From positions 1-61,538 of the forward strand of contig CAYQBV010000001.1 of the NCBI GenBank assembly GCA_964415705.1: 61,538 bases of DNA, given 5' to 3'. Under the pieces are notes generated by a model. That model ran no database searches. It was not told the origin of the DNA and saw only the letters and a list, made by a program, of their open reading frames with translations. Source of the DNA: an uncultured Chthoniobacter sp. (GTDB lineage Bacteria > Verrucomicrobiota > Verrucomicrobiia > Chthoniobacterales > Chthoniobacteraceae). Shown piece after piece: positions 14,797 to 22,961 of this stretch (positions are counted from its first letter, which is position 1; each line of letters opens with the position of its first letter). A program made the position numbers and the translations under genes.

Positions 14797-16250
14797 TGTT
14801 CCAGCCGCACGATTTCCAGCACGACGCCATCCACCGCTGCCGGCAGGAGTTCCTGTCCGGCAAGCGGCGGGTGCTGCTCCAGTCGAGTTGCGGCAGCGGC
14901 AAGACCATCATGAGCGCCGAGGTGACGCGGCTGGCCGTTTCCCGTGGCAAGCGGGTCCTGTACGACATCCACCGCAACGAGATCCTGGCGCAGACGTCGC
15001 GCAAACTCACGCTGGCCGGCGTCGAGCACGCGCTGTTGAAGGCGGGCGGCAAGGTGCCGGACGCGCAAGTGATTCTGGCGTCGTCGCTGACGCTGGCGAG
15101 GCGCGACGTGCCGCGCGTCGACTTGCTGATTCCGGACGAAACACACGTTTTGCACTCCCACCGCAAGCGCCTCATCGCCGCGCTGCCGGACGCCCACGTT
15201 CTCGGCTTGACGGCGACCCCGTGCCGGCTGGACGGCAAGCCGCTGGCGGACTTGTATGAGGCGATGGTGCTGGGACCGGAGCCGGCGTGGCTGGTCGACC
15301 ACGGCTACCTCGTGCCAGCGGTGGTGTACGCCGCGGAGTCGCCGGACTTGCACAACGTTCCCTTCCGAGCCGGCGAGTTCGCGCAGTCCGAGGCCGAGCC
15401 CGCCTTCATGCAGCCGCGCTTGGTGGCGAACGCCGTGCAGACCTGGCTGAAACTCGCCTCCGGCCGGCGCACGGTCTGCTTCACGACCGGCATCAAGCAC
15501 AGCCTGCAAGTCCGCGACGCCTACCGCGCAGCCGGCGTCCGCGCCGAGCACGTCGACGGCCAGACCCCGGACGCGCTGCGAGAGGACCTGTTCGCGGCCC
15601 TGGCTGAGCATCGGATCGACGTCCTGTGCAACGTCGGCGTGGCCATCGAGGGCCTTGACATCGTTGAAGTTTCGTGCGTGCAGTGGCTCCGCGCGACCGG
15701 CAGCGACTCGATCTGGATCCAGGGCAACGGGCGCGGGATGCGGGTGTCGCCGGAGACCGGCAAGACGGACTGCATCGTGCTCGACCACGCCGGCAACACG
15801 TTCCGGCTCGGGCTGCCGGAGCAGGCGCGGGAGTGGACGCTGGCTGGCAAGGTCGGCGGCACCCGCGAAGCCGTGAACGAGGACTTGCTGCGCCACTGCC
15901 AGGCGTGCATGGCAATCTGGCTGGCGACGACTGGCCAGACGTGCCCGCGCTGCGGCGAGACCGTGACGTGCAAGCCGCGCAAGGGTCCGGCGACCACCGG
16001 CGGCGAGCTTGTCCGCGTGACAGCGGCGGAACTGGAGCGCCGCGCCCGCACCGCCAGCCGCGAAGTGCCGCCGCGCCCTGCTCCGAAGTGGGTGGAGGCG
16101 TCGGGTCTGGTCGACTACTGGAACCGCATGGAGCGGGAGCGCCACCGCGAGGGCTACGCGCTTCCGGTTGACGGCAAGCGGGGTTCCGGGTACAGCGAGT
16201 CGCGTTGCTGGCGGCGGATGTCAGTGCGTGGAGGTCGTCGTGCAGCGTGA
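14796..16250 (+). CDS. Superfamily 2 (DEAD/DEAH-like) helicase with C-terminal Zn ribbon
   Basis: CGSGKT, DETH, GLTATPCRLDG, EGLD, QGNGRGMR, LDHAGN, CxxC...CxxC. Confidence 0.93.
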   Translation: MFQPHDFQHDAIHRCRQEFLSGKRRVLLQSSCGSGKTIMSAEVTRLAVSRGKRVLYDIHRNEILAQTSRKLTLAGVEHALLKAGGKVPDAQVILASSLTLARRDVPRVDLLIPDETHVLHSHRKRLIAALPDAHVLGLTATPCRLDGKPLADLYEAMVLGPEPAWLVDHGYLVPAVVYAAESPDLHNVPFRAGEFAQSEAEPAFMQPRLVANAVQTWLKLASGRRTVCFTTGIKHSLQVRDAYRAAGVRAEHVDGQTPDALREDLFAALAEHRIDVLCNVGVAIEGLDIVEVSCVQWLRATGSDSIWIQGNGRGMRVSPETGKTDCIVLDHAGNTFRLGLPEQAREWTLAGKVGGTREAVNEDLLRHCQACMAIWLATTGQTCPRCGETVTCKPRKGPATTGGELVRVTAAELERRARTASREVPPRPAPKWVEASGLVDYWNRMERERHREGYALPVDGKRGSGYSESRCWRRMSVRGGRRAA

Positions 16251-16632
16251 GGCCCACGTCCAGGCACAGTTCCTGGGAGCCATCGGCACCATCCCCGGCA
16301 TCCACTGCTACCGCATCAACGTGCTGAAAGCCAAGATGCCGTCGGGCGCGTGGGTGACGTCGGCGCCGGACGGGACGCCGGACGTGCTGATGACGATGCA
16401 GTCGCTCTCGGTGGCCGTGGAGTGCAAGCGCCCGCACGGTGGCCGGGTCAGCGACGCGCAGAACGTCTGGCGCAAGGCCCACGTCGCAGCCGGTGGCGTC
16501 TGGCTGCGGTGCAACGACGCCCGGGAGACGGTGCTGCAACTGGCAGGACTGGCGACGGGCGAAACCAAGGCGGCGCTGCATGAGGCGGCGTCGCGACTAC
16601 AGGCAGGAGGACAAGATGGCAGAGCAGACTGA
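16240..16632 (+). CDS. VRR-NUC / PD-(D/E)xK nuclease
   Basis: GTPDVL...AVECKRPHGGRVSDAQ. Confidence 0.85.
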   Translation: MQREAHVQAQFLGAIGTIPGIHCYRINVLKAKMPSGAWVTSAPDGTPDVLMTMQSLSVAVECKRPHGGRVSDAQNVWRKAHVAAGGVWLRCNDARETVLQLAGLATGETKAALHEAASRLQAGGQDGRAD

Positions 16633-16987
16633 ATTCGACGAGAAGAAGCCGACCGGCTACACCTGGTCGATGGACATGAAGACGCCGAAGATCCGGCGGC
16701 GGCAGGCGCACGGCTGCGAGGTCATCCAGGACGTCGGGCAGCCGAACGTGCGCGGCGTGACGGTGCACGGCAGCCTCGGCACGGCGCGGTTCTCGCTCCA
16801 GCGGACGGTGACGGCGGACGCGAAGGAAGTCGACGCCCAGGCGGACATGGTGGCGGCGTCGATGGCGATGCTGGCGGCGACGGTGACGTGGTCCTTGGCC
16901 GGGCAGATCACGATGCAGAGCGCGGCGCTGCGGGCGCAGGCGGAGGCGGCGGAGACCCCTGACGCGGAAACGCAAACTCCCTCTTGA
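16616..16987 (+). CDS. Hypothetical protein
   Basis: SD AGGAGG. Confidence 0.75.
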   Translation: MAEQTEFDEKKPTGYTWSMDMKTPKIRRRQAHGCEVIQDVGQPNVRGVTVHGSLGTARFSLQRTVTADAKEVDAQADMVAASMAMLAATVTWSLAGQITMQSAALRAQAEAAETPDAETQTPS

Positions 16988-17056
16988 CAACGCCGAAAGT
17001 GTTGCCGCAGACTCCTCGCCACCGGGTGCCACGCGCGCCTCCAGTCGCAAGGAGTT
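16984..17056 (+). promoter_or_regulatory. Putative late promoter overlapping an RBS-occluding stem
   Basis: TTGACA-18 nt-CAGACT; 17010-17019 is complementary to 17047-17056 (AAGGAG). Confidence 0.5.
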
Positions 17057-17059
17057 GAG

Positions 17060-17830
17060 ATGCCGAACTTCGTCTCCATTGAAGACACGCTCGTTGCGGG
17101 CGTCCCCGTCGACATCGCCATTCCGCGCGACATCGAGTCGCTTGTCCTCAACAACGACGACCCGACCAACGACTACACGTTCGTCACGGCGAGCCAGGAA
17201 GTCACGCTCGGGCCGGGCGAGGAACTGCAACTGAGCGGCATCGGTCAGAACATCAGCGCCGTGCTGTCGGGCGATGGCGCGTTCCGCCTGCGGATGTCCA
17301 GTTCGCCGCTCGCCTGCACCATCCGCCCGCCCGCCGCTGGCCCGGTCACGACCTCGGCCATCGAGGACGGGGCGGTCACGGAAGCCAAGCTTCAGGCAGC
17401 GGACACCGAAGGCACGCTGGGTGCCCTGCGCACGGCGACCGGCGTGTTCGACCCGAGCGCCAACGCGGGCGAGCGCACCATCGGGGACCACGCCTTCGGA
17501 CCGAGCATCCCGGACAACGCCATCATCATGTTCGCGTGGTACGAGGTTGAGACCACGTTCGCGTCGACCGTGGGACCCGACGACGCGACCATCGCGCTCG
17601 GAGTCAACCAGGCTGGCGCGACTGCCGACATCAAGGCTGCCGTCGCCATCAACAACGGCGCGAACCCGTGGGACGCGGCGGCCGAGATCACCTGCCTTCC
17701 GGTCTGGACGTTCGCCACCGCTGTCGACAAATTGACGGCGGCACGCCAGTTCAACGCGACGGTCGCGGTCGACAACCTGGACGCCGGCAAGTTGATCCTG
17801 CACGCCGTCTACTTCATCGGCCACAACTAA
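17060..17830 (+). CDS. Putative virion accessory or capsid decoration protein (two beta domains)
   Basis: N-domain is paralogous to the 17858 protein and C-domain to the 26955 protein; IEDGAVTEAKL fibre-like linker. Confidence 0.65.
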   Translation: MPNFVSIEDTLVAGVPVDIAIPRDIESLVLNNDDPTNDYTFVTASQEVTLGPGEELQLSGIGQNISAVLSGDGAFRLRMSSSPLACTIRPPAAGPVTTSAIEDGAVTEAKLQAADTEGTLGALRTATGVFDPSANAGERTIGDHAFGPSIPDNAIIMFAWYEVETTFASTVGPDDATIALGVNQAGATADIKAAVAINNGANPWDAAAEITCLPVWTFATAVDKLTAARQFNATVAVDNLDAGKLILHAVYFIGHN

Positions 17831-17857
17831 GCCGGAAGCGGCCGAGAGGGGACCACG

Positions 17858-19048
17858 ATGCCGAACGCCAGGGGCTTTGGAGCCGTCGAAGACACGCTGG
17901 CCGGCGTCGCGTTTCCGATCAACGTCGGGGAGTTCTGCGCTGGGTTCGCGCCGAAGTCGCTGGTCATCATCAACGACGACGGGACTGGCACCTACGAGTG
18001 CGACCTGGACGGGACCGAGTTCACGGTCGGACCGGGCGAGCAGCAAGAGGTCGTCGGCTTGGAGGGCGTCAGCGGCCTGACGCTCACGGGCACGGGTGCG
18101 TTCCGTGTCCGGTTCAGCGCGTCTGCCACCGCCGCGCCCTCGATCGGGATTTTCGGGCGTGGCGGCCTGATCGTGACCGCCGATCTGGCTGACGGTGTGC
18201 TGTCGGCGAACGCGGCTGGTCGCCTGAAGATGGCGGCCTCGTACTTCGGTGCGGCCGTCGTCGCGTCGCAGGCGCACTTCGAGAACGACTTCTTCGACAA
18301 CACGTTCATCCAGGCCAAGTTCAAGGCCGACGCGTTCGGTGACGACGCCGACAGCCGCGCAGCGTTCAAGGACGGCTTCTTCAAGGCGGCCACCGCGAAG
18401 TCGCTGGCGACGTTCGACACGGCGTTCTGGACGGCGAGCGACACGGCGCGCGGCAAGTTCGCGACCGGGTTCTTCACGGCGAACGCAGCCACGCGGCTGT
18501 TGTTTGCCGGCGGGGCATTCGACAACACGTTCGTCCAGCAGGTGTTCGCGGCGGATGCGTTCGGTGCGGATGCGGCGAGCCGCGCGGCGTTCATCGCGGG
18601 CTTCTTCGATGCGACGACGGTGTTGGACCTGTTCGCGGCGCTGTCGATCCCCGAATCCAGGCTGGCTGATGGCTTGATCTCGTTGCGGAAGGTGGCTGTC
18701 ATCGCGGCAGTTCCGGTGGATGAAGCCGACAGCGGTCACGTTGCGTTGCTCGCCAACTTCCTGTCGGGCTGGCTGCCGATCACCCCGACGGCCGCGCGGG
18801 CACTGACGACGCCGACGGCTGCCGCCATCGTGGGTGGGATTGCCGGCGCGCAGGTGGGCACCTACTGGGACATCCTCTTGAACGTGAAGGGTGCTTTCAC
18901 CGTCACGCTCACGGCTGGAGCCGGAGTGGCCCTGAACGGCTCCGGCGCTGTTGGCTCCGCCGTGGGTGGTGCCCAGGCGCAGCGGTTTCGCGTGCGTCTG
19001 GACGACATCGGTGGCGGCACCGAAGCCGTGACCATCTTCCGCGGCTAG
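17858..19048 (+). CDS. Putative head or tail fibre protein with a Phe-rich repeat shaft
   Basis: Repeats of about 15 aa (F-x3-[FA]-F); C-terminus PTAAAIVG...TVTLTAGAGV resembles head-fibre domains. Confidence 0.65.
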   Translation: MPNARGFGAVEDTLAGVAFPINVGEFCAGFAPKSLVIINDDGTGTYECDLDGTEFTVGPGEQQEVVGLEGVSGLTLTGTGAFRVRFSASATAAPSIGIFGRGGLIVTADLADGVLSANAAGRLKMAASYFGAAVVASQAHFENDFFDNTFIQAKFKADAFGDDADSRAAFKDGFFKAATAKSLATFDTAFWTASDTARGKFATGFFTANAATRLLFAGGAFDNTFVQQVFAADAFGADAASRAAFIAGFFDATTVLDLFAALSIPESRLADGLISLRKVAVIAAVPVDEADSGHVALLANFLSGWLPITPTAARALTTPTAAAIVGGIAGAQVGTYWDILLNVKGAFTVTLTAGAGVALNGSGAVGSAVGGAQAQRFRVRLDDIGGGTEAVTIFRG

Positions 19049-19066
19049 CCGCACCCACGAGACCCC

Positions 19067-19393
19067 ATGCGCCAGATCCACACCCACGTCCCCGAAGGCG
19101 CCGACCCCGAAGCCTGCGCGTCCATCATCTGCGCGGAGGACAACCACTACGCGGTCGGGGACAACAAGCGCGACTTCATCGTCATCCGCTTCGGGGACCT
19201 GGAGCCGACGCACCTGCTGGCGGTCTGCTTGGACCAGTTGGCAGAGCAGGGCGCTTCCGCTGCCGCGGTCGAGGCGGTCAGTACCGCGCTCGCTCTGCTG
19301 GTCGGTCCCGGCAAGGCGGCCAAGGTCGTCAAGAAGGTCAAGCCAGTGCAACCGCAGCACACGCCGAAGCCGGAGCCTGACTCCGAGGCTTAG
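19067..19393 (+). CDS. Hypothetical protein
   Basis: Protein-like ORF at the end of the transcription unit. Confidence 0.7.
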   Translation: MRQIHTHVPEGADPEACASIICAEDNHYAVGDNKRDFIVIRFGDLEPTHLLAVCLDQLAEQGASAAAVEAVSTALALLVGPGKAAKVVKKVKPVQPQHTPKPEPDSEA

Positions 19394-20124
19394 CCCGGGA
19401 CGCTCTCCACGTCTTCCGCCAGCGTACCAAGCATCCGTTCAACCTGCGTCGAGCGAAGCCGTCGTCCAGACCGGCTCTTGTAGCCGCGCTTGGCGATTTC
19501 GTACGCCACGGTCCGAATCGACATGCCGGTGCGGTAGAGTTTCCGGGCCTCACGGATGATCTTTTGCTCGGCGTCGACCTCGACGAGCTTTTGGCCGCCG
19601 TCGTCGGGCAAGCGCCAGCCGTAGGGGATCTGGCCGACACGCTCACCACGGGCTTTCTTCACGGCCAGGGCGGCGATGGTGCGTTGGGCGATGCGCGCCC
19701 GCTCCATTTGCGCCATGGCGTCGAACAGCGTGCGGACAAACGTGGCCTCTGGCGTCCCGTCGTCGACAGCGGTGCCGTCTGCACACACGACGACGGCACC
19801 TTCCGTCTTGCACAGGCTCTCGATGATGCCGTTCTGGACGACAGAGCGGCCAAGGCGGTCGCGCTTGGCTACGACAAGGACGCCGGCTTCTGCATCGCGG
19901 ATGGCGGCGATTGCGCTGAGCAGGCCCTTGCGCGCTGCGACTTCCCACATTCCGGAGACCACTTCGCTAAACCACTGCGCGACGTGTACGCCCTCGCGCT
20001 TGGCCCAAGCCTCGATGGCCGCGCGCTGCGCCTCCGGCCCGAGTTCCTGCTTGTTCGTCGAGACGCGGATGAGCGCGATGGCGATCTTGGGGCTGCCGGG
20101 CTTCAGTTTGCGGGAGCCGTTCAC
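19390..20124 (-). CDS. Serine recombinase (resolvase/invertase catalytic domain plus short C-terminal DNA-binding domain)
   Basis: IRVSTNKQ (catalytic Ser), EVVSG..R.GL, LVVAKRDRLGRS, AQMERARIAQRT, G.IPYGW. Confidence 0.93.
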   Translation of the reverse strand: MNGSRKLKPGSPKIAIALIRVSTNKQELGPEAQRAAIEAWAKREGVHVAQWFSEVVSGMWEVAARKGLLSAIAAIRDAEAGVLVVAKRDRLGRSVVQNGIIESLCKTEGAVVVCADGTAVDDGTPEATFVRTLFDAMAQMERARIAQRTIAALAVKKARGERVGQIPYGWRLPDDGGQKLVEVDAEQKIIREARKLYRTGMSIRTVAYEIAKRGYKSRSGRRLRSTQVERMLGTLAEDVESVPG

Positions 20125-20318
20125 GCGCCCTCCGGCGCCAGCATGGGCGCTCCGTTGGCGGCGATGTAGATTGCGACGTCATCCTGCCGGAACCGGAGCG
20201 CCTTGCCGACCTTTCGCCCCGGCAATTCGCCGCGCTTCCATAGCCCGTAGGCGACCCTCTTGCTGACGCGCAGGGCGTTCGCCACTTCCACCACCGTCAA
20301 CATCGTCTCGGGTTCCAC
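20121..20318 (-). CDS. Excisionase-like (MerR-type) HTH protein
   Basis: MLTVVEVANALRVSKRVAY.L.KRGELPGRKVG..LRF. Confidence 0.85.
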   Translation of the reverse strand: MEPETMLTVVEVANALRVSKRVAYGLWKRGELPGRKVGKALRFRQDDVAIYIAANGAPMLAPEGA

Positions 20319-20349
20319 AGCGCTCCTTGGGCCGCAAGGGCCGCGCCAC

Positions 20350-20455
20350 GGTGTACCAAAGTCAAGCTATGCCGTCAAGGAACACGAAACGTCGCCAAAC
20401 GCGCGAAACGTAACCATGCGAATCTGTTGACAGTATCGGAAGCGTACGGCAGCAT
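20350..20455. promoter_or_regulatory. Divergent promoter pair
   Basis: Minus strand TTGACG-17 nt-TACACC (20378-20350); plus strand TTGACA-17 nt-CAGCAT (20427-20455). Confidence 0.55.
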
Positions 20456-20463
20456 GAGTGCCG

Positions 20464-20958
20464 ATGAACGACGCCTTCCCGCCCGAACCGACATTCCCGG
20501 CGCAAGAGACGGACGCGTTTGACCATCGTTGGGGCGTGGAGCCCGGCTTTTGCGACCTCCGCTACACCATCGTCTACCGAGTGGCAGGCGGCGATCTCAT
20601 CGACCTCGGCGCTCGGAAACTGCCTGCGCCCGTGCTGTCCATGCCCGAACGTGTGGCGTTGCAGCAGGCGCTTGTCCTGACGAGTCCCGACGCGCACCTC
20701 TATGTGGCGCAGCGGCACTTTTACGTCGGCATCCCTGTCGTGACCGTCGCCGTGCAGGTCGGCCCGAACCTGCCGGGCCGGATGTTGCTGGAGGAGCAGG
20801 ATTCGGACGCATCCGGCTTCATCATCTTCCGCTGCGAGGGTCGCGGGACCGCCATGGCGGCACTGAGCGGTCCCGGCCGCGCGATGATGGAACGGCTGTG
20901 CAGCGCTGCAATGGACGAAGTGCTCGCCAAGTTGCGGGCCAAGGAGACGCGCCTGTGA
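20464..20958 (+). CDS. Hypothetical protein, probably leaderless
   Basis: ATG lies at about the predicted +1 and has no SD. Confidence 0.65.
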   Translation: MNDAFPPEPTFPAQETDAFDHRWGVEPGFCDLRYTIVYRVAGGDLIDLGARKLPAPVLSMPERVALQQALVLTSPDAHLYVAQRHFYVGIPVVTVAVQVGPNLPGRMLLEEQDSDASGFIIFRCEGRGTAMAALSGPGRAMMERLCSAAMDEVLAKLRAKETRL

Positions 20959-21551
20959 GGAAGTACGACCTCGACGACATCCGACTCATTCGGAACAGCC
21001 CGCATCGCTTCACGCTCAGCCAGTGGCGCTTGATCTCGGACTGCGAATACTACCTCATCTACAAGTGCGGCAATCCGAACGCGCACATCCACGTTCTGAT
21101 GCGGTCGGCCATCGGCGGCTACAAGCGCGAGTGCCCCGGCAACAACCCGTGGGACGAAAACTACGAGCGCAAGCCGCCGCCGCCCCTTCCGCCGCCCGTG
21201 ACGCCTCTGCGCGCCGCGTCGAACCTGCGCGAGCTGGTGCTGGCGTTCCTGGCCGAGCATGGCCGAAGCAAGACGTCGTCGATGCGGGAACTGCTGGAGC
21301 GCCGCGGCTACAACGCCGGCAGCATCCATACCGTCGTTAGCCTGTTGGCTAAGGAGCGCCTGATCGTGCGGAAGTCCGCGGGCATCTACGACTTGCTGCC
21401 CAAGGGCGACCGCGCCGTGGAAGCGACGATGCCCAAGAGCGAGCCCGAGCCGCTGCCGGGAGCGGTTGCGGTCAATGGTTACGATCCGCAGCATCCGTAC
21501 GTGGCGGGTGTTGACACCGCCGCCGAGGCCGCGGTGGAGGCGGCAGCATGA
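20955..21551 (+). CDS. Hypothetical protein with winged-helix domain
   Basis: LRELVLAFLAEHG...SIHTVVSLLAKERLIVRKSAGIYDL. Confidence 0.7.
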   Translation: MRKYDLDDIRLIRNSPHRFTLSQWRLISDCEYYLIYKCGNPNAHIHVLMRSAIGGYKRECPGNNPWDENYERKPPPPLPPPVTPLRAASNLRELVLAFLAEHGRSKTSSMRELLERRGYNAGSIHTVVSLLAKERLIVRKSAGIYDLLPKGDRAVEATMPKSEPEPLPGAVAVNGYDPQHPYVAGVDTAAEAAVEAAA

Positions 21552-22120
21552 CCACTACCGCACTGACCGCCCCCCGCGACCCGTTCAAGATCGTGCTGCG
21601 CGACATGTGGGGAAACAAGCTCAAGCCCGGCGCGGTCAAGGACGCCGAGGACGTGGAGTTCAACGTCGAGGTGTCGGCGCTCGAAGTCGTGCTGAACAAC
21701 CTGCTTGTCGCGGTCGACGGCACCTTGCAGGCCCTGTACCGCGTGCTTGGCTTCGGCCGCAACCTCGCCGTCAAACCTGCCGGCGGGGCGGACTACTCCC
21801 ACCAAGCCAACATCGACACCGCCTGCGACGGCGCATTCATGATGCTCCGCGACCAGGCCGAGATCGCATACCGCCGCGCCAGCCGCGTCCGCACCGACGA
21901 CGTGGAGTTGCAGGCCGCCCGGGCCATGCTCCGCGAGTACGTGCTGCTCTTGCGGAAGGTGAACTGGCGCAAGGACTGCGCGCCCGGCATCGACCTCGCG
22001 TGGCAGTTCCGCATTTGCCTCTACCGCATGACGACCTCTCGCGCCGGCGACCTTGACCGGCTCCAGGCCGTCATGGACTGGCGCGTGGCGGTGGCGAAGG
22101 CGGCCAAGGCGATCGGTTGA
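21548..22120 (+). CDS. Hypothetical protein
   Basis: SD GGAGG; ATGA coupling. Confidence 0.75.
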   Translation: MTTTALTAPRDPFKIVLRDMWGNKLKPGAVKDAEDVEFNVEVSALEVVLNNLLVAVDGTLQALYRVLGFGRNLAVKPAGGADYSHQANIDTACDGAFMMLRDQAEIAYRRASRVRTDDVELQAARAMLREYVLLLRKVNWRKDCAPGIDLAWQFRICLYRMTTSRAGDLDRLQAVMDWRVAVAKAAKAIG

Positions 22121-22126
22121 GCGGCG

Positions 22127-22840
22127 GTGGCGACCCAATGGACGCGATTCAGCAACGGTCGCCACCCAGCCTATCTGGCGCACTGCCTGCGGGCGGCCCC
22201 AAGGCTCTACCAGATCGCAAAGGCCCCGGAGTTCTCCAACTATTTCGTCGCCTTGGAGGTGGACGTCGGGACGTGGTACGGCTTTTTGCACTACCGCCTC
22301 ATCGACGAGTCGGCGTTCCGCATCCTGTCGGGCATCACGGGACCGGAACTGACGCGAGTGGAGAAGCGGACGGCCGAAGCCCTGGCGCGGTGGCGAGCGG
22401 ACGGGTTCGCGACGGTGTCGGACGCTGGCTACAATCGGGCGTGGCTGCGGTACCAGGCGCTCGCCGCCGCGGCGCGGGTCAAGGTGCCAACAACGCGCGG
22501 CGCAAGGGAGCGTCATGAGCGACATGAGCGGATCCGGTGTCGAGTCTGGCGCACTGGCGACCGAGAGCCCGGTCGGGATGGACGTCGGGGACCCGGCGTT
22601 CTTGCAGCAATCGAGCCCTGGCGCTGCCCTGGAGGATACCGGTCTCACCGGAACCGACCTTGCATCCTTTGCGCTTTCCCGTTCCGGGAAGCGAATGTCC
22701 GCGAGCGACCTGGACCGCCTCGGCCTCGCACTCATACAGCAAGCGGTACAAAGTCAAGACTTTCGCGCTGCTGCGAGTACCTTTTCAGCCCTCGTCTCGC
22801 TGCACAAATCGTCGGTGAAGGCGGCGACGACCAAAGTTGA
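22127..22840 (+). CDS. Hypothetical protein; the 3' half overlaps the next gene out of frame
   Basis: The first 125 aa or so look protein-like; the rest looks like a shadow frame. Confidence 0.5.
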   Translation: MATQWTRFSNGRHPAYLAHCLRAAPRLYQIAKAPEFSNYFVALEVDVGTWYGFLHYRLIDESAFRILSGITGPELTRVEKRTAEALARWRADGFATVSDAGYNRAWLRYQALAAAARVKVPTTRGARERHERHERIRCRVWRTGDREPGRDGRRGPGVLAAIEPWRCPGGYRSHRNRPCILCAFPFREANVRERPGPPRPRTHTASGTKSRLSRCCEYLFSPRLAAQIVGEGGDDQS

Positions 22841-22961
22841 GCGCCGGGGATTGGACAAGGCGCTTGGCAGAGCGTTTCTCGGCCGCAGCCGGTCCATGGC
22901 GTCGCGCCAGGTCGTGGATGCGAAGGCAGAACTTGCGGGACCTGACGGACCGACGCGGTGA
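22515..22961 (+). CDS. Putative terminase small subunit
   Basis: Directly upstream of and coupled to the large subunit; positional call only. Confidence 0.45.
   Translation: MSDMSGSGVESGALATESPVGMDVGDPAFLQQSSPGAALEDTGLTGTDLASFALSRSGKRMSASDLDRLGLALIQQAVQSQDFRAAASTFSALVSLHKSSVKAATTKVERRGLDKALGRAFLGRSRSMASRQVVDAKAELAGPDGPTR

Noticed and set aside
19390-20318. IS607 element or tail-fibre invertase system
   Set aside because: No tnpB and no visible inverted repeats flanking alternative fibre ends; a self-alignment would be needed to exclude an invertible segment fully.
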